Origin: Myxococcota bacterium
GTDB lineage: Bacteria > Myxococcota_A > UBA796 > SXON01
Assembly (NCBI GenBank): GCA_040386535.1
Contig: JAZKFH010000013.1
Span: 128,001 to 192,000, forward strand
Length of the DNA stretch: 64,000 nucleotides
Reading direction: 5' to 3'
This document shows, piece by piece, positions 41,451 through 52,499 of this stretch; the first letter of the stretch is position 1; each line of letters begins with the position of its first letter. Both the position numbers and the translations under genes were made by a program. A model generated the notes under the pieces. The model saw only the letters and a program-made list of their open reading frames with translations, did no database searches and was not told where the DNA came from.

Positions 41451-44057
41451 ATGCTTCGATTCACCCTCGAGAACGGGATGCGCGGCGTCGTCGACGCTTC
41501 GGGCCGCTCCGACGCCGCGGCCGTGTACGTCTGGATCAACGTCGGGAGCGCCGACGAGGCCCCCGGGATGGAGGGCGCCGCCCACTTCGTCGAGCACATG
41601 GTCTTCAAGGGCACGCGCTCCTACGGCGTGGGCGAGGTGGCGGCCGCCATCGAGACGCTCGGCGGCGATCTCAACGCGTGGACCTCGTTCGACGAAACCG
41701 TGTTCCACGCCACCGTCCCCGCCGACGCCGCGGTGCCCGCCATGCGCGTGCTCGCCGAGATGTTGCGGGACGCGCGGTTCGATCCGAAGGAGCTCGCGAG
41801 CGAACGCACCGTGATCCTCGAGGAGATCCGGGGCTCGGTCGACGATCCGGACAGCGTGCTGGCCGAGGCGACCTACCACTCGGCGTGGCCCGACCATCCC
41901 TACGGGCGCCCCGTGATCGGCACGACCAGGTCCGTGCGCGGCATGACGCGGGACGCGCTCCACGCCTTCTACACGCGCAACTACCAGCCCGCGAACGCCT
42001 GTCTCGCCGTCGCCGGCCCGGTTGATGCGGCGGCCGTGCGCGCCGCCGCCACCGAGCTCTTCGCGGGGGGCGGCGCCGCCATCCCCCGCACCGAGCGGCG
42101 CCCCATCTCGGGCCCGCGCAAGCCGCGCTTGTTGCGGCGCGGCTTCGAGGCGTGCCTGGTCGAGCTGGCGTATCCCGCGCCGGGGGACGGTGATCCGGCC
42201 ATTCCGGCGCTCGATGTGTTGTGCCTCGCGTTGGGCGGCGGCGCCTCGTCACCGCTGGAGTCGCGCTTGCGCCTGCGCGAGGGCGTGTGCCTCTCCGCGG
42301 AGGCGGGGCTGAACGTCGAGCGGGACGCGGGCATGGCCACCATCTCGCTCCACACGCGGGAGGGGCAGGCCGACCGCGCCATCGCGGGCGCCCGGGAGGA
42401 GATCGCGCGCGCGCGCGCCGGCGGGCTCGGCGAGGTCGAGGTCGAGCGGGCGAAGGCGCAGATCCTGGCCGAGCGGGTGTTCGGCCGGGAGACGGTGGAC
42501 GGGCGTGCCCAGGCGCTCGCGTTCCACACTGAGCGCTTCGGGGACCCCGAGGCGTGGCGCGCGTTCGACGCGGCGATTGCCGCGATCACGCCGGCGGACG
42601 TGGCCGCCGCGGCGCGCACGTGGCTGGATCCCGAGCGTGAGGTCGCGCTGGCGTTGGTGCCCGCGGGCGAGAAGGTCTCGCTCCGGCGGGCCCCGATCGG
42701 GGACATCTCCCTGGCGCCGCGCGACGTGCCGGCGCCGGTGGCCGCCCTCGTGGCGCGCGTCGCCGCGGCGTCCCTGACCCCGGCTTCCGCGCCCGCGACG
42801 ATCGGCGCCCGCGCGCCGTGGCGGGTGGTGCTCGACAACGGCGTGCGCGTGCTCTTCTGCCCGGATGACGGCGAGGTGGCCGGGATCCGGATCGCGGGGA
42901 TGGGCGGAGCGTTCGTGGAGAAGACCGGGAGCGCCGGGCGCGGATCCGCGTGGGCGCGGGCGCTCCTCCGCGGCGCGGGAGAGCTCGATGCGGTGGGCTA
43001 CGCCGCCGCCGTGGAGACCCTGGCGGGCTCCGTCAGCGCGTCCAGCGGCCGATCCTCCCAGGCGATCCGCGGCGAGTTCGTCGCCTCGCGGTTCCTCGAG
43101 GGGCTGGGCCTCATCGCCGAGGCGATGATGGCACCCCGCTTCGACGAGCTCGAGGTGAACCGCGTGCGCGACGAGCTCCTCGAGGCGCTCGCGGAGCGCG
43201 AGGACCACCCGGAACACCTCCTCGGCGAGAAGATGTGGGCGGCCGCCTACGGCGTGCACCCCTACGCGCTCTCCGCGCTGGGCACCGCCTCGATCATCGG
43301 CGGCCTGCGTCCCTCGCTCCTGGCCGCGCACCATCGCCGCTGGGCCACCGGAGCCAACCTCGTGGTCGGTGTCGCGGGCGCGTTCGATCCCGACGCCGTG
43401 CTCGACGTGCTCCGCCGCACCCTCGGGACCCTCCCCGCCGTCTCCGCCTTCGCGCTCCCGGCCCTGCCCGTGCGTCCGGACGAGCCCCGCCACGTCCACC
43501 TCCGCAGCGGGCGCGAACAGGCGCACGTGGCCCTCGCGTTCCCCGGGGTGGCCGTGGACGACGCGCACCAGCCCGACGTCGATGTGCTCGCCGCCGTGCT
43601 CGGCGGGCAGGGCGGCCGGCTGTTCGTCGAGCTGCGAGAGGCGCACGGGCTCGCGTACAGCGTGGGCGCGGCCTCGCACGAGGGGGTGCACCCCGGGCTC
43701 CTCGTGTGCACGGTCGCCACCGACCCGGAGCGCGCCGAGGAGGCGGAGCGGCGCCTCGACGAGAGCGTCGCGCACGCCGCGTCCGGCAGCATCACCGCGG
43801 AGGAGGTGGACCGCGCGCGCCGGTACATCCTCGGCGCCATCGAGCTTGATCTCCAGACCGCGAGCTCGCGCGCCAACCTCGCCGCGTACACCGAGTTGTA
43901 CGGGCAGGACGGCCTCCGGTATCGTTCCCTCGTGCGGCAGCGGATCGAGCAGGTTCAGGACGACGGGGTGCGGCGCGCCGCCGCGCAGCTGTTGGCGCGC
44001 CCGCTCGTCCGCGCGCGCCTGCTGCCGGCGGGCGCCTCCAAACAGGGTGGGCGATGA
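41451..44057 (+). CDS. M16 family zinc peptidase (two-module)
   Basis: HFVEH (HxxEH), NAWTSFDET, HPYGRPVIG and ELREAHGLAY. Confidence 0.9.
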   Translation: MLRFTLENGMRGVVDASGRSDAAAVYVWINVGSADEAPGMEGAAHFVEHMVFKGTRSYGVGEVAAAIETLGGDLNAWTSFDETVFHATVPADAAVPAMRVLAEMLRDARFDPKELASERTVILEEIRGSVDDPDSVLAEATYHSAWPDHPYGRPVIGTTRSVRGMTRDALHAFYTRNYQPANACLAVAGPVDAAAVRAAATELFAGGGAAIPRTERRPISGPRKPRLLRRGFEACLVELAYPAPGDGDPAIPALDVLCLALGGGASSPLESRLRLREGVCLSAEAGLNVERDAGMATISLHTREGQADRAIAGAREEIARARAGGLGEVEVERAKAQILAERVFGRETVDGRAQALAFHTERFGDPEAWRAFDAAIAAITPADVAAAARTWLDPEREVALALVPAGEKVSLRRAPIGDISLAPRDVPAPVAALVARVAAASLTPASAPATIGARAPWRVVLDNGVRVLFCPDDGEVAGIRIAGMGGAFVEKTGSAGRGSAWARALLRGAGELDAVGYAAAVETLAGSVSASSGRSSQAIRGEFVASRFLEGLGLIAEAMMAPRFDELEVNRVRDELLEALAEREDHPEHLLGEKMWAAAYGVHPYALSALGTASIIGGLRPSLLAAHHRRWATGANLVVGVAGAFDPDAVLDVLRRTLGTLPAVSAFALPALPVRPDEPRHVHLRSGREQAHVALAFPGVAVDDAHQPDVDVLAAVLGGQGGRLFVELREAHGLAYSVGAASHEGVHPGLLVCTVATDPERAEEAERRLDESVAHAASGSITAEEVDRARRYILGAIELDLQTASSRANLAAYTELYGQDGLRYRSLVRQRIEQVQDDGVRRAAAQLLARPLVRARLLPAGASKQGGR

Positions 44058-45349
44058 ACGACGAGCAGCTCGTCCGGGACATCTGGAAGAAGCTCCCCCA
44101 CCGCGATGTCGTGGGGCACCGCCTCGTGCGCGCCGTGGGGGCGCGCGGGTGGGAGAGGTTCCGCTTCGGGCGCTTCAAGCGCTTCTTCCAGCGGTGCGGC
44201 GTACCGGATCCCTGGGATCCCGCCGCGGTCGACAACGGGGTGGGCCTTGGCGAGGTGGGCGTGCTCGGCGCGCGCAAGGCCGTGGCGCACCACGCGGCGC
44301 CGCCGGGAGCCGCGGCGGCATCGGCCGCGAAGACCCCGATCGCGCCCAACGTGCCGAAGGCCCTGGCGGCCGCGGGCACCAAGCCCCCGGTCGAGGGCAA
44401 GCCCGCGCCCCGCATCGGCGAGATCCGCAAGGACGACACCGAGCTCCTCCGCAAGAAGTCGATGGAGGCGGAGAAGAAGAAGGTGGACCCGGCGCGCGCC
44501 AACCTCTTCAAGGTCAACCAGCCCGTGGCGAAGCTCCCGATGCGGCCGGTCTCCGCGGGGGAGAGCGACGCGCCGGCCACGCCGCGGCCGACCCCGACCC
44601 GGCCGACGGCGGCGCCGTTGTCGGAGGGTGGGCGGCCGCACATGCGCCCACCCGCGGCCGTGCCCGTGCGGCCCACCTCCGCGTCGCCGATCCGCCCCTT
44701 CCGCATGCCGGTCGAAGGCGCGCGGCGGGGCGTGTTGCCGGACGGCCCCGAAGAGGTCGAGGACATCGAGGAGATCGCGGCCCCGCGCCCATCGATGGAC
44801 CGTGGGTTCGACTTCGGCCTCGGCGGGAGCTGGGACGACGAGCCCGAGGCCGCTCCTCCGGTGCGCGCCCCCGCTCCATCAGCCCCGCCGCCGGATCCCG
44901 TCGCCGCGGCACCCGCGCGCGCGCCGACGCCCGCCCCGGCACCGACGCCCGCGCCACCTCCTCGCCCCGCCGCGCCCGTCCAGGCCGCCCCCGTGCGGCC
45001 GTCCGCGCCGCCCGTCCAGGCCGCCCCCGTGCGGCCGCCCGCGCCGACCCCTCCGTCGTCGATGGGCCCGCCGAAGCCGGCGCCGCCGCCGCGCCCCGCC
45101 AAGCCGGGCGGGGGCGGGCTCGACGATCTCTTCGGGATGGGCGGCAGCGGGGGAGGGGACACCACCCGCGTGCGCATGCCGAAGCGGGAGGAGGTCGACG
45201 CCTCCAAGCCGCGGCGCCCCATGGTCACGCCCGACGCCGATCTCGGGAAGGGCGGCATCGACCGCCGGCCCCCGCCGCACAAGCCGCCGTCCGTCACGCC
45301 GACGGGCGGGGGCGGCGCCGCGGATCCCGAGGGGGACGGGGGGGACTGA
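44054..45349 (+). CDS. Pro-rich, probably disordered hypothetical protein
   Basis: ATGA overlap with the M16 gene; short ordered N-terminus followed by Pro/Ala-rich sequence. Confidence 0.6.
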   Translation: MNDEQLVRDIWKKLPHRDVVGHRLVRAVGARGWERFRFGRFKRFFQRCGVPDPWDPAAVDNGVGLGEVGVLGARKAVAHHAAPPGAAAASAAKTPIAPNVPKALAAAGTKPPVEGKPAPRIGEIRKDDTELLRKKSMEAEKKKVDPARANLFKVNQPVAKLPMRPVSAGESDAPATPRPTPTRPTAAPLSEGGRPHMRPPAAVPVRPTSASPIRPFRMPVEGARRGVLPDGPEEVEDIEEIAAPRPSMDRGFDFGLGGSWDDEPEAAPPVRAPAPSAPPPDPVAAAPARAPTPAPAPTPAPPPRPAAPVQAAPVRPSAPPVQAAPVRPPAPTPPSSMGPPKPAPPPRPAKPGGGGLDDLFGMGGSGGGDTTRVRMPKREEVDASKPRRPMVTPDADLGKGGIDRRPPPHKPPSVTPTGGGGAADPEGDGGD

Positions 45350-45353
45350 CCGC

Positions 45354-46052
45354 TTAGTACGGCTCGTCGTGATGCGCGGGGGCGGGCTCCGCGGCGGGCG
45401 CGGGTTCAGCCGCCGGTGGGGCGGGCTCCGGGGCTACGGTAGGTGCGGCAGGCGCCGCGGCGACCGGGTAGGCGAGCACCTCGCCTTCGTCGCCTTCGGT
45501 CGTCTCCAGCGCCTCGGGGGGCACCTCGACGGCGGCCGCGCGGTCCGCCGCACCGCGGATCTCCTCGGCCACGATCTCCCTCCGACGGCGCTCGGCGCCC
45601 GGCCACGAGGGCTCGACCCGGAGCATCACGGCCACCGCGGAGCTGCGCGTCGCCTCGGTGAAGAACAACCGGGACTCGAGGCCCACGCGGTGGAGCCACC
45701 CGGCGCGCGGCAACGTGGCCCGCGCGTAGAAGCCCCACACGGGGCCCGGCCAGCCGTTGCCGCCGTAGATGCCGCCGCCGAGCCCAGGGCCGCCGAGGCC
45801 CAGGCCGACCTCCCCCTGGAGGAGCGACGCGGGCACCACCTGGTCGCCCACGCCCGCCATCAGCAGGGAGCCCGACACGCCGACCCACGAGTCGAGCGGG
45901 CCGAAGTGCCAGCCGACGGTGAGCGTCGAGATCGGCGCCACGGTGATGAAGGCGCCGCGCGTGGACTCGCCGCCGCCCACCGCCGGGCCCACCGCGAGGG
46001 AGAGCTGCGGGGGGCGGGCCAACGCGGCGCCGAAGAGCAGGGTGACGAGCAT
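45354..46052 (-). CDS. exported hypothetical protein (possible small outer-membrane beta-barrel)
   Basis: Signal-like N-terminus, Gly/aromatic alternating strands and an acidic/Pro tail. Confidence 0.55.
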   Translation of the reverse strand: MLVTLLFGAALARPPQLSLAVGPAVGGGESTRGAFITVAPISTLTVGWHFGPLDSWVGVSGSLLMAGVGDQVVPASLLQGEVGLGLGGPGLGGGIYGGNGWPGPVWGFYARATLPRAGWLHRVGLESRLFFTEATRSSAVAVMLRVEPSWPGAERRRREIVAEEIRGAADRAAAVEVPPEALETTEGDEGEVLAYPVAAAPAAPTVAPEPAPPAAEPAPAAEPAPAHHDEPY

Positions 46053-46137
46053 GGGCGGACCCGGGTGGGGCGTTCACTGTAGCCACCACCGCGAGAACCG
46101 CCACCTGCCGGCGGGCTGGAGCCCCGCGCCTACGACG

Positions 46138-48249
46138 CTACTGCGCCAGGAGCAGCGCGTAGCCGGGGTGCTGCGCCCACACCATGCCGGCACGGGCGCG
46201 GCTCTCGCCGGCCTTCGTGGCATCGCCAGCGGCGGTCGCGGCGTCGGCCATGGCGAGCCACGCCATGCCGCTGGCGGGCGCGAGCTTCACGGCCATGTCG
46301 GCAGCCTTCTGGGCCTCGGCGGCATCCCCCGCGGCCGCGAGCACGATCGCCCAGCTGGCCCACGTGGACGCGTCGTTCGGGTTGGTGGCGAGCGCGTCCT
46401 GGAAGCGCGCCTTGACCGCCGTCCAATCCTCGTCCGCGCCCTTCGTGTCGCCCGCGGCGGTGCGCTCACGGCCACGCTGCGCGAGCAGCACGGCGTCGCT
46501 CGGGTCGGCCGCGATCATCGCGTCGAGGCCGGCCTTCACGCCCTCGGCGCCCTGCGACTGCCGAACGCCCTCGACGTAGAGGCGGACGAGCAGCGGATCG
46601 GTGTGACCGCCGTACTGGAGGCGCAAACGCTCGAGCTGCTTGCGGGCGGCGGGGAAGTCCTTCGGCGCGAGCGCGAGGTAGAGGCCCACGCGCGCGTCGT
46701 CCCCCGTGCCGTTACCGAGCTTCAACGCCTGGAGATAGGCGGCTTGCGCCGCGTCGAAGTTCCCGGCGAGCAGCGCGGCGTTGCCGGCCGCGAGCGGGAG
46801 CGTCGCGTCGAGGTCGAGCTGCGCCGGGTAGAGCGTCGCGACCGCGGCCGCGTTCTTCGTCTGGAGCTGCGCGAGCGCGAGGTGCCCGGGGGCGACGTGG
46901 CACGCGTGGCTCTGCGGAACCTGGCCCGTCCAGTCCTCCTTCTTCTTCTCGGCGGCGGCGTGCGCCTCGCTGATGTCCGTGCGCTCCGCGAGCGGGAGCT
47001 GCGCCCAGGGCTGGTACAACGCGCTGGCCTTCGTGAAGGGCTCGATGGCCTCGGCGGGGCGCCCGGCCGCGAGCAGCGTGCTGCCGTAGTTGGTCCAGAT
47101 GGCGCAATCGTCGGCCTCGGCGATGGTCAGCTCCTTGCGGAGCACGATCGCCTCGTCCAGGCGGCCGCGGGCTTCCAGGAACGTGGCGAGGGCGCCGGAG
47201 CCGGCGGTGCGCGCGGCGACCTTCTGCTCCTCGGTCGGCGCGGTGCCGTCGGCGGCGGGCTCGGCGTCGAGCGCCTTGCGGAGCGATGCTTCGAGGGTGG
47301 GCGCGTAGTCGGCCTTCTTCGAGGCGGCCGCGGGCTTCATGGCGAAGGCGCCGCTGGTCGGATCGATCGCGAGGTCCATCGAGCCGAGCACGTCGTGGCC
47401 GACCCCGGCGTTCCCCGCGAAGTGCCAGATCGGCCCCTGTCCCTTGCGCGCGACGATCGCCCCGCGGGTCACGCCGCCGAGCTCGATGTCGCGCCACTCG
47501 TGGCGAACCTCGGCCACCTGCACGCCCGGGGCGGCGGGCAGCGTCACGGCCACCTTCTCGCTGTTGGCGACGGTGTACCAGTCCACGCCCTCGACCTCAC
47601 GCGCGAGCCAGGTCGCGCTCTCCTCGATGGCGAGGCCCGCCGTCACCTCGACGCCCGACCATTTGACCGGGATCCCGTAGATGCCGCCCTTCACGGTCTC
47701 CTTCTCCGCGTCGCCGACCTTGACCTTCTTGTCGTTCATCGAGCGCAGGACCGGCCCCGGCGTCCCGCCGATGCCCGCGATGAGGCTCGCGCCGTCCGGA
47801 CCCGTCGCGAGGCGGAGCACGCCGGCAGAGGGCACGATCGCGAAGGCGAGCTCCTGGAAGCCGGGCAGGCCGAGCTCTCCGTCCACCGGGAGGGAGCCGC
47901 TGCCCGGAACCGTCGTGATCGACGCCTTGATCCCCTCGAGCGTCACCGAGCCGAGCGCGAGCGACTTGACCTTCGCGGTCTTCTCGCCTTCCTTGCCGGA
48001 GGGCTTCAACTTCAGCTTCGCCGCGGCGCCCTCGGTGAGCTTGAGCTCGCGATGGCCGGTGGCGAGGCGGAGGAACAAGCGTGTCTCGCCCGCGGTGACC
48101 TCGACGTAGCTGAAGGGGTCCTCCCCCACGAGCCCGGCGTACAGGGGCACTTCGACGACACCGGACACCACGGCCTCGCCCGTCGGCTTCACGGCGGCGG
48201 CGTGGGCGGCGGAAGAGCCGAGGGCGGCGAGCAGGAGCAGCTGGTGCAT
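46138..48249 (-). CDS. exported protein with degenerate retropepsin-like domains and TPR repeats
   Basis: MHQLLLLAALGSSAAHA signal peptide, DGELG and GVGHDVL..LAID motifs, C-terminal TPR helices. Confidence 0.7.
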   Translation of the reverse strand: MHQLLLLAALGSSAAHAAAVKPTGEAVVSGVVEVPLYAGLVGEDPFSYVEVTAGETRLFLRLATGHRELKLTEGAAAKLKLKPSGKEGEKTAKVKSLALGSVTLEGIKASITTVPGSGSLPVDGELGLPGFQELAFAIVPSAGVLRLATGPDGASLIAGIGGTPGPVLRSMNDKKVKVGDAEKETVKGGIYGIPVKWSGVEVTAGLAIEESATWLAREVEGVDWYTVANSEKVAVTLPAAPGVQVAEVRHEWRDIELGGVTRGAIVARKGQGPIWHFAGNAGVGHDVLGSMDLAIDPTSGAFAMKPAAASKKADYAPTLEASLRKALDAEPAADGTAPTEEQKVAARTAGSGALATFLEARGRLDEAIVLRKELTIAEADDCAIWTNYGSTLLAAGRPAEAIEPFTKASALYQPWAQLPLAERTDISEAHAAAEKKKEDWTGQVPQSHACHVAPGHLALAQLQTKNAAAVATLYPAQLDLDATLPLAAGNAALLAGNFDAAQAAYLQALKLGNGTGDDARVGLYLALAPKDFPAARKQLERLRLQYGGHTDPLLVRLYVEGVRQSQGAEGVKAGLDAMIAADPSDAVLLAQRGRERTAAGDTKGADEDWTAVKARFQDALATNPNDASTWASWAIVLAAAGDAAEAQKAADMAVKLAPASGMAWLAMADAATAAGDATKAGESRARAGMVWAQHPGYALLLAQ

Positions 48250-48519
48250 ACGGGGGTCCTCGAAACGAGCCAAACGGGGGGGCGCGAAGTATCCCAGGAG
48301 ACGGCCGTGATCCACCCGGCCGTCACGTCGCCGCCCGGTGCGCCGGCGCACTTCCGGCAGACGCCGGCCGCGAAGCCTGGAACGGGGCGGCACGTGTCGG
48401 TCTACACGCGCGGCCTCCCCGATCGGTTCAGCGCCAGTCCGAATCCGCCCTTCCTTGCGCGCCCACTTCCGACCGCGGGGCTGCGACCGGCGCTGGCCCT
48501 CGCGGTTGGCCCGCGATAG

Positions 48520-49815
<1,296 letters not shown>

Positions 49816-49834
49816 GCCGGGCTCCGCCTGCGCT

Positions 49835-50350
49835 ATGATGCGGGCGAGCTGCGGAGCCTCTTCGATGTCGATGTTGTTGCTGTTGTCGATCGGCTGCACG
49901 AACCTGGCCGAGCGCGAGTGGGTGGGCGGCGGGTCGCGGTATGCCTCGGGCTACGCGAATGAAGAGGACACCGCGACGGACACGGGGTCCACCGGCAGCA
50001 CCGAGGGGACGCCCGACATCGTCGGGGGCTCGTGCGTGTACGGCGAGGGCGAGGTCGCCGGGCAGATCTACATCGTCTGCGGCATCGCGGTAGACGACAG
50101 CAACGCCGACCTGCCCGGCGGCTTCGTCTACTTCACCCTGTCCGGCGATGGTGAGGTGCTGCTCGAGGATGCGCGCGGCATCGTGTCCGAAGACGCGAAC
50201 GCGAACACCGAGGCGCTCTACGCGAACGACAACGTCACCTTCACCGTGGGCCCGGTCGCCGAGGGCGTGAGCCACGAGATCGAGGTCTACGTGAACGACT
50301 ACACGCACAACAGTTCGGAAGAAACAACGGTCCCGGTCACCGGGGCTTGA
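49835..50350 (+). CDS. acidic lipoprotein
   Basis: MLLLLSIGC lipobox; the start could be 49835, 49865 or 49871. Confidence 0.6.
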   Translation: MMRASCGASSMSMLLLLSIGCTNLAEREWVGGGSRYASGYANEEDTATDTGSTGSTEGTPDIVGGSCVYGEGEVAGQIYIVCGIAVDDSNADLPGGFVYFTLSGDGEVLLEDARGIVSEDANANTEALYANDNVTFTVGPVAEGVSHEIEVYVNDYTHNSSEETTVPVTGA

Positions 50351-50410
50351 GTCCCCGCTTGTGGGACTGACCGCGATGCGGGTACGCTCTCCGGATACCC
50401 CGGAACCGCA

Positions 50411-51832
50411 TTGCGCGTCCTGCTGATCAACCCGTCGATGAACATGCAGAAGCTCGGTCGCTTCGCCGAGCTCCTGGAGCCGATGCCGCCGACCGGCATC
50501 GCCTACATCGCCGGCGCGCTGGTCGCGGCGGGACACCACACCCGCGCCGTGGACATGTTCGCCGAGAAGTTGATCGCCTCCGAGGTCATCGAGAAGGTGA
50601 AGCGGTTCGCGCCCGATCTGGTCGGCATGACCGTGCTCACCCCGTCGGCGCCCACCTGCGAGAAGCTCGCGGCGATGATCCGGACGGCATGCCCCAAGAC
50701 GAAGATCGTGTGGGGCGGCGTGCACGCCGACGTCTTCGCGAAGGACATCCTGCGCAGCGGCGCCGCCGACTACATCGTCAACCACGACGGCGAGGACACG
50801 GTCGTAGAGTTGTGCGCGGCGATGGAGTCCGGCCAGACCGATCTCTCCAAGATCGACGGCCTCACGTGGATGGACTATTCGGGCTCCAAGCAGGGAGATC
50901 CGGTCTCCAACAAGACGCGCGCGCTCCGTCGTGACCTCGACTCGCTCGCCTACCCCGAGTGGGACCTGTTCCCCTACCACCGCTACGGGCTCCTCCCGTT
51001 CGCGGACGTGGCCAAGCCCGTCCTGACGATGACCGGCAGCCGCGGCTGCCCCTATCGGTGCGACTACTGCTCGCTGCTGCACTCCGGCAAGGTGTACCGC
51101 CGTCGCGACCCGTTCAAGATCGTCGACGAGTACGAGTACTTGGTCGATCGGTACGGCGTGAAGCAGATCGGCCTCGTCGATCCGATCTTCCCGCTCGTCG
51201 TGAAGGATCTGCGGCCGCTCTGCGAGGAGATCGTGCGCCGCGGCCTCGACCAGAAGTGCTCCTGGCTCTCCGAGACCCGCGCCGACCGCCTCGACGAGGA
51301 GACCTGCCGCCTGATGTACGAAGGTGGCTGCCGCCGCGTGCTCATGGGCATCGAGTCGGGCGTCGACATGTTGCTCGGCAACGTGAACAAGAACCTCACC
51401 ACCGAGAAGGTGCGGTGGGGCGTCGCGAACGCGAAGAAGGCGGGCCTCTCTACCGTCGGCCTGTTCATGATCGGCATGCCCGGCGAGACCCCGGAGATGA
51501 CCCGCGAGACCATCGAGTTCGCGGTCGACCTCGATCTCGACTTCGCCAAGTTCGCGATCACCGTGCCGTTCCCCGGCAGCAAGCTGTTCGAGGACCAGTG
51601 GCAGAAGACCTTGTTCCGCGACGACTGGGAGAACTACACCACGTTCAACCCCGACGCCGACCGGCTCATCTACCACCCCGCCGGCTACGATCCCGAGCTG
51701 CTCGTCAAGATGCAGTCCTACGGCCTGCGCCGCTTCTACATGCGCTACGAGCAGGTCCGCCGGCAGCTGGTCGAGCTCAAGACCATCAACCCGAAGATGA
51801 TGCTCTACGGGCTCTACGGGATGGCGATCTAG
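50411..51832 (+). CDS. cobalamin-binding radical SAM protein
   Basis: N-terminal B12-binding domain (PPTGIAYIAG, VWGGVH), SRGCPYRCDYC, GIESG and FMIGMPGET. Confidence 0.9.
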   Translation: MRVLLINPSMNMQKLGRFAELLEPMPPTGIAYIAGALVAAGHHTRAVDMFAEKLIASEVIEKVKRFAPDLVGMTVLTPSAPTCEKLAAMIRTACPKTKIVWGGVHADVFAKDILRSGAADYIVNHDGEDTVVELCAAMESGQTDLSKIDGLTWMDYSGSKQGDPVSNKTRALRRDLDSLAYPEWDLFPYHRYGLLPFADVAKPVLTMTGSRGCPYRCDYCSLLHSGKVYRRRDPFKIVDEYEYLVDRYGVKQIGLVDPIFPLVVKDLRPLCEEIVRRGLDQKCSWLSETRADRLDEETCRLMYEGGCRRVLMGIESGVDMLLGNVNKNLTTEKVRWGVANAKKAGLSTVGLFMIGMPGETPEMTRETIEFAVDLDLDFAKFAITVPFPGSKLFEDQWQKTLFRDDWENYTTFNPDADRLIYHPAGYDPELLVKMQSYGLRRFYMRYEQVRRQLVELKTINPKMMLYGLYGMAI

Positions 51833-52487
51833 GCGGCCCCCAGTCCTCGACCTTCCACCCCCGCTTCGCCGCGATGCGCGCGAGGGTGGGGTCGGGGTGC
51901 ACGGCCACCGGGTGCCCGACCACCTCGAGGACCGCGAGGTCCGAGGCGGAGTCGGTGTAGAAGGTGGCGTCCGTGAGGGACTCGCCGAGCTGCTCGGCGA
52001 GCGCGAGGGCGTGGCCGAGCTTGCCGGGGCCGAAACACAACGAGCCCACGGCCTTGCCCGTGAAGAGGCCCGCGCCGTCGACCTCGAAGCGGTTGCACAA
52101 GGCGTGCTGGATGCCGAGGGCCTCCATGACGGGGTCCGCGAGGTAGCTCGACGTGGAGCTCAACAAGGCGAGCACGTCGCCGCGGGCGCGGTGGCGCTCG
52201 ACCGCTTCACGGGCGCCCGGACGGTAGGTCGCCAGGACCTCGTCGGCGTAGAACGTGCGCGTGCGGGCGATGACGTCGGCCTCGGGGGTGCCGCGCAGGG
52301 TGCCGATGGCGTCTTCCAGCACGCCTTCGAGGCGGGAGAAGCCGAGGTGGTAGCCGAAGATCCAGGCCGCCGCCTTGGTGGCCTGCCAGCGCCCCATGTG
52401 GCCCAGGCGGACCTCGCGCCGCACCCAGAGCTGGCCGGCGTTCACCGAGAGCAAGGTGCGGTCGAGGTCGAAGAACGCGATGGCCAT
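51786..52487 (-). CDS. HAD-IB family hydrolase (SerB-like)
   Basis: FFDLDRTL, LSSTS, GPGK and YTDSASDL. Confidence 0.88.
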   Translation of the reverse strand: MAIAFFDLDRTLLSVNAGQLWVRREVRLGHMGRWQATKAAAWIFGYHLGFSRLEGVLEDAIGTLRGTPEADVIARTRTFYADEVLATYRPGAREAVERHRARGDVLALLSSTSSYLADPVMEALGIQHALCNRFEVDGAGLFTGKAVGSLCFGPGKLGHALALAEQLGESLTDATFYTDSASDLAVLEVVGHPVAVHPDPTLARIAAKRGWKVEDWGPPRSPSRRARRASSSG

Positions 52488-52499
52488 GTCAGCGCCCTA

